A stretch of 46,662 bases of DNA, the filler included, from Sphacelaria rigidula (Eukaryota), in assembly GCA_964200075.2 (NCBI GenBank). It is 2 parts of 2 records of this genome, joined end to end, with 100 filler letters (N's around TTAATTAATTAA, not from the genome) between each part and the next. Parts side by side here need not be neighbours in the genome. Positions count along the whole stretch, not along the records: positions 1 to 23,284 come from CAXNAA020000269.1; 1 more part is not named here. The stretch is one strand, 5' to 3'. A model generated the notes under the pieces. It had not been told where the DNA came from. It ran no database searches and saw only the letters and a program-made list of their open reading frames with translations. Of this stretch, positions 1 to 11,879 are shown one piece after another (position 1 is the stretch's first letter; every line of letters starts with the position of its first letter). The position numbers were made by a program, and so were the translations under genes.

Positions 1-113
1 CGTCCATGTTACCCCTCCGCAGGCACGGCCCAATATGCTGCCCCTCCCCCGCCCCCGACCCCCCCCCCCCCCCCCATACACATGGCAGCAAGCAAGGCGA
101 GTCGTATGCTCAC

Positions 114-200
114 CTCTCCAGTGTTCTTGATGTAAAAGAGTTTTTCAGAAACGTCGTCCGCTTGGCAGTATCCAAAATCAAGCCCTTCAGGAATGCTGAC
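114..200 (-). CDS. CFAP65: CFAP65 coding exon 4 (gene continues beyond window start)
   Basis: ctacag|GTC acceptor, GAG|gtgagc donor, phase 0/0. VSIPEGLDFGYCQADDVSEKLFYIKNTGE is a typical ASH/PapD-like start (P..LDFG.C......F.I.N.G). Confidence 0.85.
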
Positions 201-721
201 CTGTAGAGTAACACAAAGGGTAAGTGCCGAAGAGTCGTGCTTGGTAATCTGTCACGGTTCTCTGCCAGTATAGCTCATGCTACCTACCTTATACGGGCAC
301 GTGGCGTTTCCGCGCTATCCAAGCTAGCAGGGTATGAATATCGCACTCTGTCTTGTCTCTGAATCAGAAAGGCAGCAAAACGGGCTAGGGCATGTCATGG
401 TAAAACATGTGTAGTGTTGGTAAAGTGCCGTTAACCTGACACGTGGGAAGTGAGGCGCGAGTGACAACAGTGAAGCCCCCATCAACGAGTCTTCTTTGCT
501 GTGTTGGTAAAAGCGTTACGAACTACGATATCCAAATATCGTCCGGAAACCGAGCGAGAAAACGATTTTACAGCGAAATATGCTTAGTGGCAAATCCACC
601 ATTCAGCCAACGTCGTACATATTTCACAATATAAATCTGCACATGAATTGAGCACAATCGCCAATCGCAATGTTTTTCTCGTCCTGATGAAAAGCAAGCG
701 GCAAAATCGCCATTGTGTCAC

Positions 722-850
722 CTGCAAGGTGGGAAGCAAGGCTCGAACGGGGACGTTGAAGCCACCAGCATTCGGTCCGTCCAACACCTTGAAGAATATC
801 ACATCATCGTACACCTCGCTCGACTTGGGTCGGAATACCACGTTGATTTC
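722..850 (-). CDS. CFAP65: CFAP65 coding exon 3
   Basis: gggcag|GAA acceptor, CAG|gtgaca donor, phase 0/0. EINVVFRPKSSEVYDDVIFF...FNVPVRALLP matches the CFAP65 motif VFRP....Y.D...F......F.V..RA.LP. Confidence 0.88.
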
Positions 851-1806
851 CTGCCCGTCCGCGAACATATACATGGAAATTGACACGATGAAGGATGACA
901 ATGGGATCCCTGACGCTACCGGTTCACTGGACGGGGGATGACCAATAGCAGCCATCCGAATACGGCCCGTCCAGGGTATTGCTCGAATCGGGTCATCACA
1001 TCGTCCTGGATCTTCTCGCGCCGACTGGGATCGGAATACTACTGCCAAGCTCCCACAAAGCAACAAAACAAAATCGCTGATGAAAATACGATCATGACAC
1101 GTCGGAAGATGAAAAAGCAAAGGATGAGGGACAAAGTTGGCAGCATGTAGCCCGGTGAATGTGGTTGATTGACAATCGTGATAAAATCGATGACCTTGCT
1201 CGACGTAGACCGTCGAAACACTATGTTGATATTTTTCAGACCACATCACAACATAACGCACCAAAATGCCCGCCGCCCATATACCCCGACAAGGATACCT
1301 ATCTTGGCCTACGCCAAAACTGATGTCGACATCGTGTCGGATACAGGAAACAAAAAGGCACAAGCAGAGTACATACGTATTGACTAACGGTGTTCGGCGT
1401 GTGATGGTTACAACACCAAGCTCTTCACCACAAAAACGCGCTGGCAATGAGGACTACCAAGTTAATACCTAAATAAGCAACATCCTGAACAATATATTGT
1501 ATTGTCAAAAAGTGTACCGCGTACAGTATCGACTATGACGTCTACTGTATTTTAATTGACCATACGCAGTATTTCTTTTGGCAGCGGAATCTCTTGACCA
1601 GGGTGTGAAACAAGCGGCCGATGGGATATTACCCCGACGTTGACTTGGGAATACTGCACGAGCGAGAGGTTCACTTTTGTGGGATTTTTCTGTATAAATT
1701 GGATATCCAGCGCAGAAAGCTATCGGTGCTTTGTTCAAGTGGCGGCTCTTGCTCTAATATCATATACTGGATCAGTGTCATGGGCTCAAAGGTGCAGTGT
1801 GCTGAC

Positions 1807-2013
1807 CTGCATGGTTCCTGGGCTGAGCGAAATGGCCTCGGGGTAAGCCATAGAGAAGTACTTGGTGGTGGGAAGGCGGTATTTGAGTTTCTTCAGCTTT
1901 GGAGACAGGTTCTTCACGCGCAACCGCTGCACGTACTCGCCGCCTGGCACCCATTCTCCCCCCTTGAAGAGAATGCCGTCTCCGAACGGACCGATGCAAT
2001 CAATGCCGAACAC
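1807..2013 (-). CDS. CFAP65: CFAP65 coding exon 2
   Basis: ccggcag|GTG acceptor and CAG|gtcagc donor. VFGIDC...WVPGGEYVQRLRVKNLSPKLKKLKYRLPTTKYFSMAYPEAISLSPG matches the CFAP65 N-terminal Ig-like/ASH region as I recall it (W..G.E..R.L.LKN.S.KL.K.KYR.P.TK.F....P..I.LSPG). Confidence 0.88.
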
Positions 2014-2538
2014 CTGCCGGTCATAGAGGCCAAATGATATACGTGGTAGGCTGCTTTTGTTACTCGAAGCCGCGTTGCTCTCTGAGTGTCTACGAATAGG
2101 AGGGGGGTTTACAGTCATGAAAATGCAGGACGGTACCTGAAGCGCTAGTGCTACAGCGTGTATTAACCATGACATATTTGTCATGGCGGTTGTCATGCCC
2201 GTTGATTCAGAGACTTCCGGCCTACTGACAACAGCACAGTGAGGTACCGTAGAGAACGAACAGACAGTACAGCACAGTAGTATTTCCGTACACACATCCT
2301 CAAAGCATCGGGAACGTTATGAGATCTTCTTTATTATTATAGTTGTACTGCGCTGTACGTGTAATACGGTGGAACTATGCACTGCTCGTACTGCACTGCA
2401 TACCGCACGATACTTTGCCGCATCTCCAAAACGTAAACGTCAAATTTGAATTCCGCCCGTGTGGTGCTGGTGCGTACATACACGGCCCTGTCCTGTAGGT
2501 ACACGCTGAACATACATAGCACAGCTTGACCCACGTGC

Positions 2539-2745
2539 CTGCAATCGATCTTTCTGAGACAGCACCGTGCCGGTGTACCCCAAGCTCCTCGCCCCTCCGG
2601 AAGATCCTAGCGTTCCAAGGCTCTCGTTCGTTGGGGCGTCAAGCCCGCCGCCATCCCATGGATCTTCACCGGCGGCGGCTGGCCCTTGAGCATTGCTTGT
2701 GGCCTGTATTGCCCTCGTCGTCCGTGCTCCAGGATCAGCAGGCAT
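2539..2745 (-). CDS. CFAP65: CFAP65 (CCDC108) cilia/flagella-associated protein, coding exon 1 (putative ATG 2745)
   Basis: 69 codons MPADPGA...SQKDRLQ ending at CAG|gcacgt (GC donor, phase 0), which joins in frame to VFGIDC of the next exon. The N-terminal part is low-complexity, so the start codon is less certain. Confidence 0.7.
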
Positions 2746-4618
2746 GTTGCCACCTCGGGCACCTGAGCAGAGGCGTGAGCAGAATCTTTGTCCCTTGACT
2801 TGCTGCCGGGAGTATTGCAGGAGGATCAGACCCCGGTGAGACGAATAGTCAATGGATCGGCGCCATTTCTTCGTATCTTATTGCATCCACCCTGCGGAGA
2901 TTCGAACAGGCGGCAAGGGAATGTCGGGAGAACGTAAACCCGCCGCATTTTGCGGACAAGATTTGAAACGGCCATCGTGGCTCCCATCTTCCGCATGCGC
3001 AGTCCGTTACGCCGTACGCCGGACGCTTCGGGACAACACGCGAGGATATGCTGGCCAAGAGGACGATGGTAGCGCCGGCATTGCTGGCTCATTTACATAT
3101 ACCGCGCCATACGTACTGCAGGGTAGCCCGACGGTGTATCCAGGATGTTCGGGGAACTTTTCCACTCGCTTGTTCAGCTGCGAGCATGTCATCGGCTGAT
3201 GTCGTTGTAAGGACCATGGGTGACCTACACGGGTTGCACGGGGCAGGTACTACTCCAGTACAGAGGTCTAAGCGACATGTCGGAAAGCTGCATCGCACTA
3301 TACGTTGTAATTTTCTACACTTTTGCATTGTAGTGTGGTGCTGTGTTGTACAATGTGGCGTAGTAGTGTACCACTTTTGCCACGCGTTCCTCATGGTGTA
3401 AGTCGTAGTGTCCGGCGTGACAGCGCAGGGTGGTAGGAACTGTCGGATGACTCAATTTGCAACCGCCTTTCCTCGAGCATGAAGATCTCGCACTGCAGAA
3501 AGATTGCTCTCATCGATGGCTTCTGATCGAAGCGTTTTAACCAAGACAGTTTCGGTGCCGCTAGTACCATGAACTATCCCAAAATTGTACTTGGACAAGT
3601 CACCCACGGGGGTGGTATATACCGTAATCGACAGTACCAGGAAAGGCCATTGTACGGGGGATAACACCCTTTTACTTTGCGCTGCCGCATTGAACGCACT
3701 ACGTTGATGAGCAAAATGGCTACACAAAACCGTGTTTTATCTAGTGCCATTCTCAGTTTAGACTGCCAGAGTGTGCCAACGATAGTTACGTGACAGAGGT
3801 GAATCATGGGGCTGTACTGTGCGGTACAATCTATCTCTTGTGCTGCAGATCACGCTGTACAGTATTTCAACCGCTCAACCTCGAGTTTCGCCGTCGTACC
3901 GAGGAGCAAACCTTTGCCCTGCGCTCATGATGAATCCTAGCTATTGAACCTTGTCGGCAAGATCATCACAGTGACGCAACCTTCTCCAGACGCTTCCAGC
4001 TTACTTGCGCTGTATGGCTCTGGTCTGTGCCGCAGATGACGGAGTATAGCACCCCCGCTACTGTAGCCTCTATATTATTTATGGAGAAGGAAGGATCGGC
4101 ATCTACGATTGACTGTAGTCAACGAATGATGCGCGCAAAATTATGACAGAGGTAAAGAATTCGGCGGCACTTGATTGCCATACTTACGAAGGAAATCAAT
4201 TAAATATCATGTTGGGCGGGGGTGAAATATGCAGTCCAGCACGACACCCAAAGCATGTTTGTACAAATCAGAAAGCCAGGCCGGAATATTGACCGTGGAG
4301 CCCATTACATGAATAGCTCTTCGATATTCAGCCTCGTCTCGGAACCTTATCGTGAGCTGAAATCCAGGGATATGGTATTTTTCTTGGAGGGGGGGGGGGG
4401 GGGATCCGACGGTGTTCCAAAAAGCCTTCCCAAATAAACCATCCGTACTTCCAGGACATCTTTGAATCGGGCAACACGCTTCAGGAGGGTTGCGTAACTA
4501 TATTGGTAGTTCTGACAGGTCAAATGATCCATCATTTTTTCGTACAAGCGACCTCATACTGTCGGCTTGGCGGTCAAGATAGATTTGACGATTTTTACTT
4601 CCGTCATTCAAGAACAAC

Positions 4619-6710
4619 TAGAGATGTGCTCCGCTCCGTCCACTCCGGATATCCGCTCCGTTTGAAAAAAAAATCGCGGATTAATCCGGCCTTTAGCCGG
4701 ATAACGTGTGACGTGAGAAATCCGAAATCCGTCCACTCCTGCAGCTCACAATCCGGATAAAGGCATCCCAAAAGCCCCGCCGAGCCTCAACTCTCGTGGC
4801 CACCATCCAGGATAGTCGTTGTGTAGGCGTTCCCGCTAGAGCCTAGTGTAGGTATACTCCTGGAATATATATACCCCCCTATACCATATGATATTTCATA
4901 TTCCTTAATCATGTTTTTTCGGGGGGTATATGATATAAAATTATGTTTTTTATGACTACGTATCATATTTCCTATATATATGGAGCTTTTGTAGCAAAAC
5001 GTGACTCGGAGGGCATATATGATATAAAAACCTGCGTTGGCTGATATATAGGCCTATATAAGGTCGCTCCTTATAATAGACAAACATGAAATTCTCGACG
5101 AGTGCCTTTTTGGAGCTTTTAAGTCATTCTACGCTCCCAAAGAGAGCTAGGCGGAGTTTGACACCTTGGGATGACTTGCTCTACTAGTTGAGGCGGTTCC
5201 AGGATATCTTCTCGTTTTCTGGTGGCCGCAGTTTTTATTTTGGCCAAACAAGAGTTTTTGTCCAGGAATGGTAAAAAACAGTCAAACCCAGAAAAAAAGG
5301 GAATATAAATGAAGGAAACGAAATATGAAGGATTTTTTTTTTTTCTGGATTTTACTGTTTTTTACCATTCTTGGACAAATATTCTTGTTTGGCCGAAATG
5401 AAAACTGCTGCCACCGGGAAACGGGAAGATGTCCTGGAATCGCCTCAACTAGTAGAGCAAGTCATTCGAAGGTGTCAAACTCCGCCTAGCTCTCTTTTGG
5501 CGCGTGAAACGACGTAAAAGCTCCAATAAGGCACTTTTCCAGATTTTTTTTTGTCTGTTATAAGGAGCGGCCCAAGGTTATATATATGCTTATATCAGGT
5601 GATATTGAACGGTTTGTTGCCCTTATCAGGTGATCTACCGCGGAATATATATTGCATTACCTGATGCATGTGAAATATCGGCATATATCGGTGCAATACG
5701 CAATTAAACAAATTAATTAAAATCAAATTACATTACAACAAGAAGTAATAGATAATTATTTCATAACTGTATGAATATTAAGATTGGGTCGGGGTTTGGA
5801 TTATTGTTTTTTGAACAAGGGGAAGACAATTATATCATATTATATTATATTATATAATTAATTACCTAATGTTTGCTTGAGAAGGGAATGGGAATGTTTG
5901 TTGGGATGGGAACTGATTTTTTGGTTTCGACAGGAAAACAATATGCCATACAGTGCGCGATATCTTTGACGCCTGCTTATTGCCTGCACAAAGGGAACAC
6001 GAGGTATGTCAGACTTTTTTCACCGGGGTGAGGTTTTCACGCGATGAGCGATGCCCAGGCACCTTTATCGCCGGCAGTGTTATTGCAAAAAAAGTAGCGC
6101 AATAACGGTAGAGAATATCGGATCAGGATCGGCACGTGCTTCTCGTAACGAGTGGGGGGTGGGAGGTCGCTAGCGGGTGGCGTGAAAATTATTTTTCATT
6201 CCGTGTGTTTTTTTTTTGTGTCCATCACTGGCGTGTGCTTACAGCTAAACGTCGATATCCTACTCGGGGATATCAAGGGCCTCTACTACAGAAATCATAT
6301 TGGGCCTCGTGGAGGGGCATTTCGGAACTGGAACGATTCATTCACTAATCAACCTTAATTTTACGGGAACATTGTTATTAGCCGTGCAAAATGTGTTCAT
6401 TCTTGCATATCGCTAGTACAATGCGTGGGTAACGACGACAACCTTTCTCATTTCAATGCTCATTTGATTTGTGCATCTGGCTCGTGATATGTGACCTAAG
6501 GCTCCACTGCCCCTTTTAGGCATGCGCAGCATGCATGTGGGGAGATTTGAGGAGTGTCCATCGCTCGTTTTCCTCGAAATCCGTTTGCAAATCGGATATC
6601 CGGATATCCGGATATCTGCCACTTTTTTCAATCCGCGGGTTGATCCGGATAAAATTGCCCGAAATCCGAAATCCGCTCCGTTTGAAAAATTCAAATAGAG
6701 CACAACTCTA
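4619..6710. mobile_element. Non-autonomous hAT-superfamily DNA transposon (~2.1 kb)
   Basis: 13-bp terminal inverted repeats TAGAGATGTGCTC (4619-4631) and GAGCACAACTCTA (6698-6710), one mismatch. 8-bp target-site duplication AGAACAAC (4611-4618) / ACAACAAC (6711-6718), one mismatch. Clustered subterminal ATCCG/CGGAT/CCGTTT motifs at both ends. No transposase ORF. Confidence 0.82.
5062..5572. repeat. Long inverted repeat / fold-back (MITE-like) nested in the hAT element
   Basis: Arms ~5062-5298 and ~5334-5572 are reverse complements, e.g. GAGAGCTAGGCGGAGTTTGACACCTT vs AAGGTGTCAAACTCCGCCTAGCTCTC and TGACTTGCTCTACTAGTTGAGGCG vs CGCCTCAACTAGTAGAGCAAGTCA, with a ~35-bp A-rich spacer. Confidence 0.9.
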
Positions 6711-8936
6711 ACAACAACAACGAAACACGAAATAGGTGCTTTTTACTTTGGGCGCAGTCTTCGTGACTCGCCCTCCATTGCGATGCCAAGATAGCTGAAC
6801 ACTCCGTTGTTGTTGTACAATACTGTGCACATATAGGAACAGCGTACGGTATACTGTTTGCAATGGAGAGCGATGGCACACGCTGTTTTGTACCGTTGTA
6901 TATAGGCCTCCTTGCAAGGTCGATAAAAAATGTTTCATGTACAGTACAGCCGCGGCAGTGCAGAGAGTACAGGACAGTTGAGGAGATGTGGCATCCATGC
7001 CTGCATTATCAAAACATGCTCGAGGTGTGCCAGCATTGCCCCCCGAGAACCAAAAGTGAGTAGACTGCTAGCGCGCATCGCTCGCCACGTATAAAAGCAT
7101 GTGCTCGAAGAAAGTGGCTCTGCAAAGACGCACATGAAGCTGACTTGGCTCAAAGCCAGTCGTGAGTCTTAATGCGCTACTGCGGCTTCTTCACGAATGC
7201 TCAATATCCACGTTTTGTGGAAATTGGCGTACTGTGTCACTTGAAAACGATGATTGCGAACCGACGTTGACCATGGACAATTTTGAGCAACCAGGATGGA
7301 GGTCGTTTGTCGAAGTATCGTCCGAACATATGTGTGCGGGACGCTCGTATGTTTTGTGTTGACTGGCCGATTATATTGGAAACGACATGTTTCGTGTGGT
7401 GGCGACGCTCTCCGCTGGATCTTGGGCCAGCGAAACCCAATACGAGAGCGTTGCACTAGAAACGATCAGAATGCACAATTATTTCCAAAACCCAGTTGGA
7501 CAACAACTGGAAGAAAAAAAGGCAATAATTTGTTTTTTGGTGCTTTGTCAGATTACTCTGTTCTTTCCCTTCTAGTCTAACCTTGAGAGCGTTATTCGGA
7601 AAGTACCGGTGCAGAACGCTAGCCCCGGCCGCCGGGACCGTACCTCGGGTAAGACGACGCGCAATTTGTGTGCACCAAATTGTATACCAATATGCAGAGC
7701 ACCGCTTGTGAGGCCGCTGTTGTCCCGGGTACCATCCCACCGTAGCACCGAACTGAACTGCGACTGCGGACCCCAGAAGGCTGGCAATCAAATATCGCGA
7801 TGTCCGCACGGTTTGCGGTGTGCGGTACCCGTCAAGTGACGTACGGTGCCGGTGGGTGCTTTGTCATGTTGGTATCGCTCAGAACCACGATATTAGGTTC
7901 CCGCGAGCGCGTTATGAAACGGTACGGAATAGTGCGGAGTGATAAGGGGCCGGGCTGCTGGGGCGCCTACGCGGTAATATCAATGTATTGCTGTTTCTGC
8001 GGTGACGGCAGCCTTGGTACGTACGGAAAGTGGCGGTTGTCGGCATGCCCTTCGCACAAGTGCACGGTGCTGTGCTGTGCTGTATGTATCATTGTACGCG
8101 TTATAAATTACTGCGTCGAGTGCGATCCCGGTAGTCTTCTGATTGACCCAGAAAAGAACCTGGAAAGAACATGTGACAAGATGCAGGCCTGATTTCCAAG
8201 CTATGCCCAACAGTGCCGGTAGTATTGCACTTGAATCTAGCAGAGGGAAAAAGGTGGAATCAAGCAAATAGTTAACCACGCCAGCATCCATTTTGTGCTG
8301 CGGAATAAACTACGAATTGCTAATCTCAATCGTCAACGAGTTGCATAAAGGCGGGACACGAAAAAAACGGGAAAACGACAGTGGAAAATAATTTGAAATT
8401 AGGGGTCACTGGTGTATAACATGGCTTGATACACAAATGGACAAGTGCACCAACCAACACACATGGCACAAATTAACAAACACATGACAACACGTCCAGG
8501 TTACCTAGCTCAGGACATCAAGCACGACACCGTAGACTCCTCTCCTATCGCGCCAGGCTACCATGGCTTCCAGTGCGGGACAATCACCACATTGAACCAC
8601 ACCCTCGAACAAGATTTCACCCGTTTCTGTCGAGTATAAGTTTCTGTGCTGGACAAGCTCTAAGTCAGAGGACGACCTCCCCATCTACGTATTCCTGCAT
8701 GTCCGCGGTTTCTCCGCGCGTTTAACTGCCCTAGTTTGTCTCGCCGTAGCAGGCTTCACATGCGCCCGAACCCCCGAGATGATGTCGCCCATTGAGCCGA
8801 ATGAACATCAACTCCTCGCCTTGGCGGGGAAATATGGAGTTACATAGGTTTCCCATTTCTGCAAGGCGGGTGGTGGACTATATATATGGTGCGATCGAGC
8901 GATGAGGCCCGATAGCGATTACCACCGGCTCGGCGG

Positions 8937-8984
8937 CAACCTCGCCTCTATCCATGCAGATCAACCTCGCCTCTATCCATGCAG
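8937..8984. repeat. Short direct tandem duplication (25-bp period)
   Basis: CAACCTCGCCTCTATCCATGCAG occurs twice, separated by AT. Confidence 0.85.
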
Positions 8985-10065
8985 GTCGTGGCGGTGTTCC
9001 TTCGTCGCCAGAATTGAGGCGCGAAAAGTCCTCCACGTCCGCCTCAAAGTCCAGATACATCCATGCTGTCTTCAAAGGAGAGCGCTGTGTGGTTTTCCCA
9101 CTCCAAACCCGTACCCCGGAGTGATGGTGTAGTGTCGTACCCTGGCAAGCTTCTTTGCCCGCATCCTCTTGACTGCGAATGACCGTGACCTTTGCACTTT
9201 TCTCGGCCAATTCGATCGATTTCGGCGCCCCCCGCTACGCCCCACATTATGGCAGAATCGGCAGCTGGGCCAGCAGCACCAGCCGATGAGCTTGCTGACT
9301 CACTTACTCGTATCGGCAATGGGACTACTAATATGACACCCCAGTGCAACTGACCGTGAAATTGTTTGAAGTGCAATAATCGGCACATCAGCACTCCAGA
9401 TCATTTTTGGTTTTTATGTCTTTGTGCGACCGCGACATATTCGCGTAATATTTCTCACACCAGCGGTCACAAGAGAAAGATTCTGCAAACAAAACAACAC
9501 CGAACACACGCACACACGCACATATTACAAAACAGACACCTGCGTCCTAACGCTCGAGCCGCACGTGACGCACTACAGTACTACGCGATTCTCCATGGTG
9601 TGGGGGCGGTACAACCGTTTCACGGCACTTGCACGGTGCGGTGTTTGCGATTCACGGTGATCGTACTTCGCATGTGTGATCTACGGTATAAAACGGTCTG
9701 CGGTAAATGGGAGGTACGACCTTGCGATACCGTGGTTGGGTAGGGTGGTGATATTTGCCATTTCACGGGGAATCACGGCAACATTCCATTTACCGCAACC
9801 TACGTACAACATTTTTTGAGGCGTTGTGCGGCGAGCTGCATGGCATTTGCCGTTCCAATTCACCGGTCTCTCGTCGCTCCATGGTTCAGGGAGACGAAGC
9901 ATGTACTGTATAGCATACAGGATGGCAGAGCTCCAGGTACGGGCCAAATATGTAGTAAACACAATTTTTAAGCAACTTATTTCACACGTTTTGACAAGCT
10001 CCGCTTGTTTTGTAGAATTCAGTAGAGATGAGAAACATAAACTGGGTTTCGAGGCGATCCGTACT

Positions 10066-10086
10066 TATATATATATATATATATAT
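10066..10086. repeat. (TA)n microsatellite
   Basis: Direct reading. Confidence 0.85.
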
Positions 10087-10558
10087 CGGATATGTATTCA
10101 ACAGCGTGACTGACCGCCTAAGTAGTGCCCACATGGCTTCATCAAAGAGCATGCCACCCGCGCAAAACAAGCCGACCAATCTGAGGTCGTTCCTTGACCA
10201 GCCGATTGATTGGGTCAGACAAATAATGGTCGAAGAGATGGAGAAGATAAGATTCAACTTTCACGGGAGACACGGGCCTTAGACCTCGTACTGGAAAATC
10301 GTCTGGCTCAAGGAAGCTATCGACGGAATGACGCTTCTGACGGCGTCGTGCTTTCCTAGAACTGCCTACGTTAAGACAGGCAAAAAAACGAAGACCGCTG
10401 CGGTTCTTGGTGTGGATAACTCTACATGTTTGTGGCAACTGCGTAGTGCAGCACAGTCAAGCACCTGGTCTACGCCTACTGGGGAGCACCTTGGGGTACC
10501 ATGTCTTCTCTAGTGACACCCGCTATCTCGCGCGCACGCACATGCAGGTTGCAGCACG

Positions 10559-10764
10559 ATGCGCGTGCCTCCGGGGCTCGTGGGCATGACCCGTCGGAGG
10601 TTAACCAGCAGACAAACAGGAGCAGCTGACGTCAGGGCAAGCGATCATGCTGCCACTGTTATGGGTGGTGTGCGACATGTATCTGCCGCGAACAGAGCGT
10701 TGAGGCGGAGGGTGAAGCTGCCAGATGGTGATGTGGCCGAGATACCGTCGTTTATTGCCATCAG
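10559..10764 (+). CDS. infB: Translation initiation factor IF2-like GTPase (probably mitochondrial), coding exon 1
   Basis: Arg-rich, acid-poor N-terminus (MRVPPGLVGMTRRRLTSRQ) resembling a presequence. Ends ...EIPSFIAI-AG|gtgggc (phase 2) and joins to give IPSFIAIRDLAAMF, an IF2_N-type motif. Confidence 0.72.
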
Positions 10765-11667
10765 GTGGGCAGCTGTACAGTGTGGATGGTTGTACCATCT
10801 ACGACATGCGCTGCGCTACCATGTGGGACGTGTGATGAATAACGGTTTACTTCTCTTACAAGCAGGCCAATGTGAAAATCGCTGCTGAGTGGCACTAGCT
10901 GTGTTGCACACCTCCCGCACATTGCCGAGCGGATGCGATAGAAATTTTACCCAATGTATGCTGCAGCCGTGCTATGTGGGCATCATCCATGGTAGATGTC
11001 AAAATATTTCCTTCATCAGGCGGAATTATTCGGTCGATATGTCGGCAGTTGAGTGTGAAGAGCGTACGCCCTGGATACGACCGTGAAAAGGATTTGGGTG
11101 AATATCTTTAGACCGTATAAAAGCAAAGCGCCGAACGCTAATGCCTGGCCCTTGAAATGTGCGGGCTAAGTTCTGAGTATCACTGTGTTGGCCGACCATT
11201 CAATTATTTTGAAGTTCGGTGGCTATGTCGTAGTGATCTTGTCGGGGACCTGTGACGTCGTATGTGCAGTGCATTTTATGATATGGTACGATTGGAGGTG
11301 AAGGGCCTTCTTCATGACCGACGAAATATGCCCTTGCGATAATTGATTGATAATCCGATTGTCTCACGTCAGCCGATTGCAACAAACCTAGCCCGTGGTC
11401 AGGAGCAGCATATAATCTAACCAGGATGATTTCTCCCTGGACTATTTGGTCACTTCTAGCTTCGTTGGAAAAAAGATTGTTGCCCCCTTGCAAGTGTGAT
11501 TATTCGGATGCCAAAATGCTAACCAAACCTTGAACTGTTCATGTACGTGGTACTACTCTGCGGTAACAACTGCGACGCATACGGTCCCACTCTTGAGGAA
11601 AGGGGCCGGAAATCTGCTGCTTATGTGCACGCGCAAGTTGACCCTTGAAATTTTCGTCCGCGAGCAG

Positions 11668-11812
11668 GGATCTGGCAGCTATGTTTCGAATGAACCCGAA
11701 AACCCTCTTCAAGCAGATGAGGGGCATTTTGTCGGGAAAGAAGTTCAGGATCGTGCTGAGCGGAGTCCCGTACGCCTTCAGCTCCTTGGGGCATGTCATT
11801 GTGCCTTTCCAG
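11668..11812 (+). CDS. infB: IF2-like exon 2 (IF2 N-terminal domain-like)
   Basis: gagcag|G acceptor (phase 2). DLAAMFRMNPKTLFKQMRG...HVIVPFQ. Donor CAG|gcaagc (GC, phase 0) matches the phase of the next acceptor. Confidence 0.75.
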
Positions 11813-11852
11813 GCAAGCATTCGTTTCTGTTCTCATGTTGCTACTGCTGCTA

Positions 11853-11879
11853 CTGTTGTTGTTGTTGTTGTTGTTGTTT
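11853..11879. repeat. (GTT)n microsatellite at start of intron 2
   Basis: Direct reading; explains the poly-V/L/C runs in the ORF track. Confidence 0.85.

Noticed and set aside
584-1447. 287-aa ORF as a complete gene
   Set aside because: Only 722-850 is CFAP65-like and bounded by splice sites; the rest is intron read-through.
4640-4760. Common origin of hAT subterminal ATCCGG motifs and the satellite's ATCCGG core
   Set aside because: Similarity is limited to 6-8 bp.
7576-7648. Upstream coding exon (ttctag| ... |gtaaga)
   Set aside because: Splice-like ends but no recognisable protein similarity or partner exon; at most a UTR exon.
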